46,120 bases of DNA from an uncultured Dehalococcoidales bacterium (lineage in GTDB: Bacteria; Chloroflexota; UBA6077; FW602-bin22; JAMCYS01). Location: assembly GCA_964566935.1 (NCBI GenBank), contig CAZMKF010000011.1, positions 1 to 46,120 on the forward strand, read 5' to 3'. The notes under the pieces are model-generated. The model worked only from the letters and a program-made list of their open reading frames with translations. It did not search any database and had not been told where the DNA came from. Shown here one piece after another: positions 7,788 to 15,365 of the stretch. Both the position numbers and the translations under genes were made by a program. The number at the start of each line of letters is the position of its first letter. The stretch's first letter is position 1.

Positions 7788-8798
7788 GTGATGTCACAAT
7801 ACCCTGAAAAACTCACTGACGCAGATCTATTAGCGATGTACCGCTGGCTGCTCCTGATCAGGGAGTTTGAAGACCGCACGTGTTCCCTGGCAAGTCAAGG
7901 CGGTGTCTACGAGATGCCTCATGGCAGTCAAGGACAGGAGGCGATTTCAGTTGGGGCCTGTTACGGGCTAAGGAAGCAGGACTTGGTATTGCCGTCCCTG
8001 CGCACCCGCGGAGCATTGATTGTAAAGGGAATACCGGTTCGTCTGCAGGTTGCCGGAATGTTCGGCAAGGTCGACGGAGCGGTCAGAGGGAAGTCGACCA
8101 CTCACCATATGGCTGATCCAGATCGCGGAGTGTTATTAGGCACCGGCTTGATTGGTAGCGATATCACGACGGCTGTTGGAGCAGCTCTAGCGCTCAGACT
8201 ACGTGATACCGACAATGTAGTGGTAGATTTCTTTGGCGACGGAGCCGCGCAACGCGGGGATTTTCATGAGGGTTTGAACTTCGCGGGCGTTTTCAGACTC
8301 CCAATAGTGTTCGTCCTAGAGAACAATCACTTCGCCGAATACACCCCACTCAACAAGCATTTCGCGGGTGACGATTTTGCCTGCAGGGCACAAGGCTACG
8401 GTTTTCCTGGGCTCAGAATTGACGGAAACGACGTTATCGCAGTCTACGAAGCGGTTCAAGAAGCATTGACCCGTGCCAGAACGGGAAATGGGCCAACACT
8501 GATCGAATGTGTAACGTACAGGCTAAGGGCGCACAACGAAGTGAAACAACCGGACTACTTGCGCGACGCAGAAGAACTGGAGGCGTGGCACAAGAAGGAC
8601 CCGATAACACTATTCGAGACGAAACTCCAACAACGTGGGTTGTTGGACGAATCCGCAATTCTCGAAATGCGTAGAGGCGTTTCAGAAGAGATCGATGATG
8701 CCATCACGTTCGCTGAGGAAAGCCCATTCCCTGATGCGAGTGAACTCATGGATCATGTTTACGCTCCAGATCATCCGGTAGAGGGGGCAAACAGATGA
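7788..8798 (+). CDS. ThDP-dependent dehydrogenase E1 component, alpha subunit
   Basis: ThDP-binding motif FFGDGAAQRGDFHEGLNFAGVFRLPIVFVLENNHFA and YRLRAH loop. Its end overlaps the E1 beta start by 4 nt. Confidence 0.9.
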   Translation: MMSQYPEKLTDADLLAMYRWLLLIREFEDRTCSLASQGGVYEMPHGSQGQEAISVGACYGLRKQDLVLPSLRTRGALIVKGIPVRLQVAGMFGKVDGAVRGKSTTHHMADPDRGVLLGTGLIGSDITTAVGAALALRLRDTDNVVVDFFGDGAAQRGDFHEGLNFAGVFRLPIVFVLENNHFAEYTPLNKHFAGDDFACRAQGYGFPGLRIDGNDVIAVYEAVQEALTRARTGNGPTLIECVTYRLRAHNEVKQPDYLRDAEELEAWHKKDPITLFETKLQQRGLLDESAILEMRRGVSEEIDDAITFAEESPFPDASELMDHVYAPDHPVEGANR

Positions 8799-9769
8799 GC
8801 ACAGTTTATTACCGAGACGCCATAAGGGAAGCCATGCGCGAAGAGATGCTTCGCGATGAACGTGTATTCATCATGGGTGAAGACGTGGCGGACCACGGTG
8901 GCAACTTCCTAACTACGCGAGGTATCTTGGAGGAATTTGGCCCCAAACGGATATTCGACACGCCATTGAGCGAGGCTGCCATAGCTGGCGCAGGGGTGGG
9001 TGCAGCGATGATGGGTCTGAGGCCTATCATTGAGATCATGTATGCGGACTTCTTGCCAATCGCGATGGACGCGATTGTAAACAGAGCTGCAAAGGTTAGT
9101 TACATGACAGGCGGGGCAGTTACCGCACCTCTTGTGATCCGCAGTGCGTATGGTGCTGGGAGAAGAACGGGGGCCCATCATAGTCAGAGCACAGAATCTT
9201 GGTTTCTGAACGTGCCAGGACTGACTATTGTGGCACCGTCTACTTCGCGGGACGCGAAAGGGCTACTCAAGTCATCCATTCGAAGTGACAATCCGGTCCT
9301 GTTCCTTGAGCATAAGCTTCTCTACGCGAAGCGCGGGGAGGTTGAAGAAGGTGATTACACTATTCCCCTAGGTGAAGCAGAAATCCGGCGAGCGGGCAAC
9401 GACGTGACGGTAGTTTCCTATGGGAGAATGGTGGACATGTCACTGGCCGCATCCGATCGACTGCGCAATAACGGAGTATCTGCTGAGGTAATTGATCTTC
9501 GTACGTTGTATCCGCTAGACAGCCGTCAGGTGATTGAGTCAGTTAAGCGTACTGGTAGGCTGGTGATAGTTCACGAGGCACCCGTATTTGGTGGCTTCGG
9601 CGGGGAAGTAGCCGCAATCGTCGCTGAACACGCCCTTGGCTACCTCGATGCTCCCATTAGGCGCGTGGGCGCTCCATGGACTCCTGTTCCTTACAGCCCG
9701 ACATTAGAGGATGCTTACATTCCGCAAGTTGAGGACGTTGTTGAAGCGATTGAGAGCGTATTACGCTAG
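8795..9769 (+). CDS. Dehydrogenase E1 component, beta subunit
   Basis: Typical transketolase-like pyrimidine-binding and C-terminal domains (FIMGEDVADHGGNF, FDTPLSEAAIAGAGVGAAMMGLRPI, GAHHSQS). Confidence 0.9.
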   Translation: MSTVYYRDAIREAMREEMLRDERVFIMGEDVADHGGNFLTTRGILEEFGPKRIFDTPLSEAAIAGAGVGAAMMGLRPIIEIMYADFLPIAMDAIVNRAAKVSYMTGGAVTAPLVIRSAYGAGRRTGAHHSQSTESWFLNVPGLTIVAPSTSRDAKGLLKSSIRSDNPVLFLEHKLLYAKRGEVEEGDYTIPLGEAEIRRAGNDVTVVSYGRMVDMSLAASDRLRNNGVSAEVIDLRTLYPLDSRQVIESVKRTGRLVIVHEAPVFGGFGGEVAAIVAEHALGYLDAPIRRVGAPWTPVPYSPTLEDAYIPQVEDVVEAIESVLR

Positions 9770-9791
9770 AGAGTTACGAGGTTGATGCATC

Positions 9792-10649
9792 ATGCAGCCA
9801 AAACAGGGTACACAAGCGATCGCCTCAAATGACAAGAAACTAACCGGGAAAACGGCTTTGGTTACGGGAGCAGGACGTGGGCTCGGCAGAGCGTACGCAC
9901 TACGACTCGCCCAGCTCGGTGCAGATGTTGTCATTACGGACATCAGGTTGGATTCCTCGAAAGAGTATGGCGAGACTTTGTCTCAGCCAACTGTGATGCA
10001 AGAGATCAAGGCGCTTGGGAGCAGATCGTTAGGAATAGAGGCTGACGTAACAGAGAAGCAGCAAGTAATCCAAATGGTAGAAGAGGCAATGGGCCTCTCA
10101 GGAAGAATCGACATCCTAGTAAACAATGCTGGTGGATTGCTTAGCCCTGTGGAACGCAGTTTCCCATCTATAGTCCCCGAAGAGGACCTTGACCTGGTTT
10201 TCGGAGTTAACCTGATGGGTACGATATTCTGCTGCCAGGCAGTGTCCGTCGGAATGAAGAAACAAGGATCTGGACGGATCATCAACGTCTCTTCATCAGC
10301 TGGCTTGGGGGTTCATGAGATCAGCAGACGCGGCCGTAGCTCACATTACGGCGTCGCAAAAGCGGCTATAGCGCAATTCACACGCGAGCTAGCGTCGGAG
10401 CTCGGTCCATTCGGCATCAATGTGAATGCCATCGCTCCGGCAATCATCCGGACTTCGCGTTGCGACGAGCAGTACAACCGAAAGGACGCGGAAGAGCAGG
10501 CGAAATGGGCAAAGAAGATCGCACTAGGGCGCATGGGAACGACCGAGGATTGTGCAAAGGTACTGGAGTTCCTGGCAACTGACCTCTCGGATTATGTGAC
10601 TGGCCAATGCATCTCAGTCTGCGGGGGGTATCATCTAGGTCCAGCGTGA
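9792..10649 (+). CDS. Short-chain dehydrogenase/reductase
   Basis: KTALVTGAGRGLG, NNAG, and S...YGVAKAA catalytic motifs. Confidence 0.9.
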   Translation: MQPKQGTQAIASNDKKLTGKTALVTGAGRGLGRAYALRLAQLGADVVITDIRLDSSKEYGETLSQPTVMQEIKALGSRSLGIEADVTEKQQVIQMVEEAMGLSGRIDILVNNAGGLLSPVERSFPSIVPEEDLDLVFGVNLMGTIFCCQAVSVGMKKQGSGRIINVSSSAGLGVHEISRRGRSSHYGVAKAAIAQFTRELASELGPFGINVNAIAPAIIRTSRCDEQYNRKDAEEQAKWAKKIALGRMGTTEDCAKVLEFLATDLSDYVTGQCISVCGGYHLGPA

Positions 10650-10771
10650 GCGAATCAGAAGTAAACCAAATACGATTTCCTTATTGGAGGTGTCATCCCG
10701 AACAACGCTACTAACAAACTAGGGACTTGCGACAGCGGTCGAAAACTGCACAGATTTAGAGGGAGCTGACA

Positions 10772-11761
10772 ATGTCACGATTAACTCGGATCCAAGTACT
10801 ACTGTCACTGGCTATGATGCTTGCTGTTATCGCAGTTACAGCGTGCAGCAGAGGTGCAGAATACCCATCAAAAGATGTGAACTTCTTGGTTCCTTTCGCC
10901 CCGGGCGGCGCAACCGACTCCGTGTCCCGCAAGATCACGCAGGAGGCCGAGCCAATCTTCAAGGGCAAGTTCATCGTAGTGAACAAGCCGGGTGGATCTG
11001 GCACACTGGCCACCGCTGAGATGATCCAGGCCAATCCGGATGGATACACAATCGGCCTCACAGGTATAGGGCAATTGTCGTTACAACCACAAGTGAGTAA
11101 ACTCCCATACGGTGGGCCGTCCGATTACACGCCGATCATTAGCTTGATGGAACTCCCCAATGCACTCGTTGTACCAGTTGACTCGAAATGGAAGAGTCTG
11201 GAAGATCTTATGGCAGACGCAAAAGCGCGACCTAATGAGATACGGATAGGTAGTACCGGCAAGTTGACTGCAGGCGACATGCTGATTCAGGAGTTTGCCA
11301 GAAAGATGAATGCGCCAGTCACCAACGTCCCATTTACAAGTGGTGCTGGCGAGGCAACAACTGCCCTGTTAGGCGGACACATTGATGGCCTTGTTACAGA
11401 ACCAGGTCCGCTCTTAGGACACGTACAAGCTAACAAACTACGGATCCTAGCTTTCATGCAGGGAGGAAGGCTTGCCTCGATGCCCGATGTGCAAAGTGCT
11501 GAAGAGATTGGTTTCAAGGCATCCTACCCCGTTGCAACATACGTCATCATAGGCCCCAAACAACTGGACAGTAAAGTCACCGATAAACTGTATCAGACTT
11601 TTAAGCAGGCTGCTGAATCAGAGGGTTTCAAGAAGTTCGCTGACGATAACGCCATGCAGGTACGCGTTATGAACCGTGAAGAGCTGACAAAGCAGATTAC
11701 TGATTTCTATGACAGGTATTCTGTAGCACTCAAGGAATCTGGCATTGAAACCAAACAGTGA
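10772..11761 (+). CDS. tctC: TTT substrate-binding protein, TctC/Bug family, lipoprotein (second copy)
   Basis: Lipobox AVTAC, the VNFLVPFAPGGATDSVSR motif, and downstream tctB and tctA. Confidence 0.9.
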   Translation: MSRLTRIQVLLSLAMMLAVIAVTACSRGAEYPSKDVNFLVPFAPGGATDSVSRKITQEAEPIFKGKFIVVNKPGGSGTLATAEMIQANPDGYTIGLTGIGQLSLQPQVSKLPYGGPSDYTPIISLMELPNALVVPVDSKWKSLEDLMADAKARPNEIRIGSTGKLTAGDMLIQEFARKMNAPVTNVPFTSGAGEATTALLGGHIDGLVTEPGPLLGHVQANKLRILAFMQGGRLASMPDVQSAEEIGFKASYPVATYVIIGPKQLDSKVTDKLYQTFKQAAESEGFKKFADDNAMQVRVMNREELTKQITDFYDRYSVALKESGIETKQ

Positions 11762-12245
11762 TCGTGATCACCATCTCACCAAGGGCACTGGCCACATCGT
11801 GGCCGGTGTCTTGGGGCTGGTACTGTCCGGCAGTTACGCGATAGCTGCCGTAAACACTCTGTCGCTGGGCACTTTGGCCAAACCAGGCCCAGCGGCATTT
11901 CCGATCTTGGTCGCCGCACTGATAGCGATCAGTAGCTTGGGCGTCCTGGCAGAACAGTGGAGTGGAAGAAGTGCAGACGGCAACGAAAGAATAGAGATTC
12001 CAACCAGACACGACGCCATGCGTGTTGCTGCTGTGGTGCTTGCATTTCTAGTTTACCTCACCCTCACTCCATTTCTTGGCCATTGGCTCGCCAGTATCTT
12101 ACTCTGCATAATCGCTGTGCGCTCGCTATCTCAACTGAACTTGCTATGGGTACTTTTGACTGGCACTGTAATAGCGACAGTGGCATACGTGTTTTTCGCG
12201 TTGCTTCTAGGAGTACAGCTTCCAACAGGGACACTAGGCTGGTAG
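11745..12245 (+). CDS. tctB: TTT small membrane subunit, TctB family (second copy; start codon uncertain)
   Basis: ~4 TM protein between tctC and tctA. The track start is a TTG overlapping the tctC end; an internal GTG start is also possible. Confidence 0.7.
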   Translation: MKPNSDRDHHLTKGTGHIVAGVLGLVLSGSYAIAAVNTLSLGTLAKPGPAAFPILVAALIAISSLGVLAEQWSGRSADGNERIEIPTRHDAMRVAAVVLAFLVYLTLTPFLGHWLASILLCIIAVRSLSQLNLLWVLLTGTVIATVAYVFFALLLGVQLPTGTLGW

Positions 12246-12341
12246 AGCATCATGCCTAATGTGCTTGGCGGACCAGTTTAGCGCTGAGCCCGCTTACCGC
12301 GTTTCATACCTGAAAACCAAGAGAATCAACCGGCTGAGGGG

Positions 12342-13856
12342 GTGTTAACTTTGGACCCGCTGCAAGGCCTACTGTATGGCCTATCTGTAGTATTAACACC
12401 AGAGAACCTGCTCGCGGCGTTTCTGGGCGCCATGATGGGAACTGCAATCGGCGTTCTCCCGGGGCTAGGGCCCGTGGGTGGCACCGCATTGATTCTTCCG
12501 CTCACATTTGGCCTGTCACCCGTCACCGGCTTGATCGCGATGGCAGGAATCTATTACGGGTCAATGTACGGCGGCTCCACCACCTCTATACTGATGAACA
12601 TCCCCGGCGAAGTTGCTTCGATAGTAACCTGCATTGAAGGCTATCAATTAACGAGGAAAGGTCGGGCAGGTGCTGCCCTTGCTGTAGTTGCGGTAGGTTC
12701 CTTCGTTGCCGGAACTATCGCAGTCGTCGGAGTAATGCTTTTTGCACCAGCCCTGTCCGTCTTTGCTCTGAACTTCGGTCCCCCGGAGTACTTTGCAATC
12801 ATGGTGACAGCGCTTCTCGTGTTATTCAGCATTTCGGGTGGATCAGTTTTTCGGGCTGCGTTTTGCGCCACGCTTGGTTTGATGCTAGGAACAGTGGGGG
12901 TAGACGCGGTAAGCGGGCTGTTTAGATTTGACTTCGGTTATCTTCCACTCACGCGTGGCATCAACCTCGTACCGGTTGCAGTTGGGCTTTATGGTGTTTC
13001 TGAGGTGTTATTCGTCGTTGAAAACCAACTACGTGCCCCTCGAGCGAAGTCCGTGGGCCTACGCGAACTGTTACCGACCAGAGAGGAATGGCGCCGCACT
13101 ATTCCGGCATGGTTACGAGGCACAGCTGTCGGCTTTCCAATCGGGCTATTGCCTGGACCCGTTGCCGTTATCTCTACTTTTGCCTCATATAGGCTAGAGA
13201 AAGCTGTCTCCTCAAGAAAAGAAGAGTTTGGAAAAGGCGCGATTGAGGGCCTGGCCGGGCCGGAGGCAGCGAACAACGCTGCTTCAACTGCAGCGTTCGT
13301 GCCCATGTTGGCAATGGGTATACCATTCAGCCCTGTACTAGCCCTACTTGTTGCTGCTCTCATCGTCCAGGGAATCCAACCTGGACCAATGCTTATGCAA
13401 CAGTACCCAGCGATTTTCTGGGGTGTCATCGTAAGCATGTATATCGGCAACGTAATGCTGCTAGTCTTGAACCTCCCTCTTGTCGGTCTCTGGGTTAGTT
13501 TGCTTAGGATTCCGCTACAGGTACTTATGCCGGCCATCATGATCTTTGCCATAATCGGAGCTTACTCAGTTGACAACAGTACGTTCGATCTGTGGCTACT
13601 CCTGTTTTTCGGATTACTAGGCTATGTGATGCGTAAGCTGGACTTTGATCTCGCTCCTCTTATCTTGGCTGTAGTATTAGGGCCGCAGATTGAATCAAAG
13701 CTCATGGTAAGCTTGTTTCTGAGTCGAGGTGATTTTGGCATCTTGTTTGAGAGTCCCTTAACCAAAATCATTTGGACGCTGGGAATACTAGTACTGTTTG
13801 GCAAACCACTGGCTGGTATTGCCAAGGCTTTGTTGAAGAAGTATGCTCGAGGGTAG
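12342..13856 (+). CDS. tctA: TTT large permease subunit, TctA family (second copy, GTG start)
   Basis: LDPLQGLLYGLSVVLTPENLLAAFLGAMMGTAIGVLPGLGP and AGIYYGSMYGGSTTSILMNIPGE. Clearly paralogous to 3634-5130. Confidence 0.9.
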   Translation: MLTLDPLQGLLYGLSVVLTPENLLAAFLGAMMGTAIGVLPGLGPVGGTALILPLTFGLSPVTGLIAMAGIYYGSMYGGSTTSILMNIPGEVASIVTCIEGYQLTRKGRAGAALAVVAVGSFVAGTIAVVGVMLFAPALSVFALNFGPPEYFAIMVTALLVLFSISGGSVFRAAFCATLGLMLGTVGVDAVSGLFRFDFGYLPLTRGINLVPVAVGLYGVSEVLFVVENQLRAPRAKSVGLRELLPTREEWRRTIPAWLRGTAVGFPIGLLPGPVAVISTFASYRLEKAVSSRKEEFGKGAIEGLAGPEAANNAASTAAFVPMLAMGIPFSPVLALLVAALIVQGIQPGPMLMQQYPAIFWGVIVSMYIGNVMLLVLNLPLVGLWVSLLRIPLQVLMPAIMIFAIIGAYSVDNSTFDLWLLLFFGLLGYVMRKLDFDLAPLILAVVLGPQIESKLMVSLFLSRGDFGILFESPLTKIIWTLGILVLFGKPLAGIAKALLKKYARG

Positions 13857-13969
13857 AGTGAGGAGGCCAGTTTTATGATACAACTCGCGCATTTGACAAC
13901 TGACGAGGTGGTGGGTCGGCTTCTCTCACCGACAGGTGCATTGAATTGTCGAGAAGTAGCTAAACACGA

Positions 13970-14653
13970 ATGATTGACTCCAAGCCAATCAAGATTGACG
14001 ACTACACGGATCTAAGTGAGCGAGTTTACGAGGCTATTAAAGCTAACATAGTCTCGTGTCGCTTTCCTCCAGGTTCGAGACTGCAAATCGTCAAGCTATC
14101 TAAAGACCTGGCGGTTAGCAGGAGCCCGGTAACAGACGCTCTCAACAAACTAGCTGGTGAACGTCTGGTCTCCGAGGTCCCCAGGAAAGGCTACTACGTT
14201 GCCACGCTTGACTTGGATGATTACGCTAGCCTGCTTCAAGCGCGTCAGGTCGTTGAGTCGGGCGCCGCTGAACTGGGCTTATCGGCAATCAATGCGAGCT
14301 TAGTAGCCCAACTCAGACATTACATCGAAATACAGCTGAGCACGATCGACAGTAGAGGATTACATACAGATTATGAGACCTGGTTAAAAGCGGACGCAAG
14401 CTTCCACCTCGCAACCGTAGACGTGGCGGGAAATCGACATCTGACCGAGTATCATTCCAGGCTTCAGACGCATTTCCACATGGCTCGTATTTACTACGCG
14501 ACCAGCGTTGGGCACCGCCCAGTCTCGGAAACCATCGAAGAACATACTGCAATCGCCGACGCGTTCGAGCGTAAGGATCTAGCCGAGATTCGTGCGGCCA
14601 TTTCTCGACATATTGAACAACTAAGAATCTTCTTCTATGATCGGATCCGATAA
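13970..14653 (+). CDS. GntR-family transcriptional regulator, FadR/FCD subfamily
   Basis: N-terminal winged HTH (LQIVKLSKDLAVSRSPVTDALNKLAGERLV) and a C-terminal all-helical FCD-like domain with conserved His residues. Confidence 0.9.
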   Translation: MIDSKPIKIDDYTDLSERVYEAIKANIVSCRFPPGSRLQIVKLSKDLAVSRSPVTDALNKLAGERLVSEVPRKGYYVATLDLDDYASLLQARQVVESGAAELGLSAINASLVAQLRHYIEIQLSTIDSRGLHTDYETWLKADASFHLATVDVAGNRHLTEYHSRLQTHFHMARIYYATSVGHRPVSETIEEHTAIADAFERKDLAEIRAAISRHIEQLRIFFYDRIR

Positions 14654-14707
14654 CGGTACTCCCTTCGCCAGTTGCTCCCGGCAGAAGGCGCAAGCGGCAG
14701 TTTCGGC

Positions 14708-14900
14708 TCAGAGATTGCTCCACGTACCTGACTCGTGGTCGAGCGCGTAGATCAGGTTGGCGTTGCGGATCATCGCAAGGCGGTAGGTGATGGGCAGTAC
14801 GGTGAGCTGCCGCGCAACTGCTCGAGCGCTTCCAGGGTGACTTGTTCGTTCTCAACGTCCAAGTTGCTGGTGCCCTCTGCCGCGGGAGCACCACAAGCAC
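14708..14900 (-). pseudogene. C-terminal fragment of an ABC exporter ATPase domain, frameshifted and 5'-truncated
   Basis: The minus strand reads VLVVL..AEGTSNLDVENEQVTLEALEQLRG (Walker B / D-loop region). After a frameshift it reads QLTVLPITYRLAMIRNANLIYALDHESGTWSNL*. The fragment stops abruptly at 14900, where the IS256 fragment begins. Confidence 0.55.
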
Positions 14901-15190
14901 ATGAAGTCGACGAACATGCTGGAGCGGCTGAATGAGGAGATCAAGCGGCGGACGCTGGTAGCAAGGATCTTTCCCAATGTGGCCAGTTGTCTGCAGCTAA
15001 TCAGAGCGTTGACTATAGAGATCCATGAACACTGGCTGGAGACCACCCGCTACTTGAACATGGACCTGTTGGAGGAGCACAAGAAGCAGCGGCGCCGTGA
15101 GACATTGGAGGTTGCCTGACATCATCGTTCACGAGGAAGGGGGTCATCCACTTTTGCAGAACTTGACGCACACAACTCGGAACCGAGGTC
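14901..15190 (+). mobile_element. IS256-family (mutator-type) transposase C-terminal fragment plus its probable right end
   Basis: ORF 14901-15119 reads KSTNMLERLNEEIKRRTLVARIFPNVASCLQLIRALTIEIHEHWLETTRYLNM, matching the IS256-family C-terminal TNxxERLNxEIKRRTxVxxIFPN...RYL signature. The roughly 330 upstream codons are missing. It is followed by the TTTTGCAGAACTTGAC core (15152-15167) and a short palindrome (15176-15187). Confidence 0.7.
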
Positions 15191-15365
15191 CAGTGCTTTC
15201 CCACATGATGCGCACAAATGCTCCTGACAGGCGCGCCACCGAGCGGTACCGACGACCCAGCCTGCTATCGCGCAGCAGCTTTTCCCAAAGAAAGCAAATC
15301 ACCCTGGGCGTGCCAGGGTTCTTGCTCATCCGCTGTCTAGGCCAATACGCCAGGCACGGTGGACA

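Noticed and set aside
6604-9769. Naming the dehydrogenase genes acoC/acoA/acoB (acetoin dehydrogenase)
   Set aside because: The context (SDRs, an ALS-like enzyme) is suggestive. However, E1/E2 sequences of the Aco, Bkd and Pdh clades cannot be told apart by eye, so symbols are withheld pending phylogeny.
14313-14900. 195-aa minus-strand ORF overlapping the 3' end of gntR
   Set aside because: It is a read-through artefact. Its 5' part is an out-of-frame stretch of the ABC-ATPase fragment, and the rest is antisense to gntR. It has no motifs and an Arg-rich composition.
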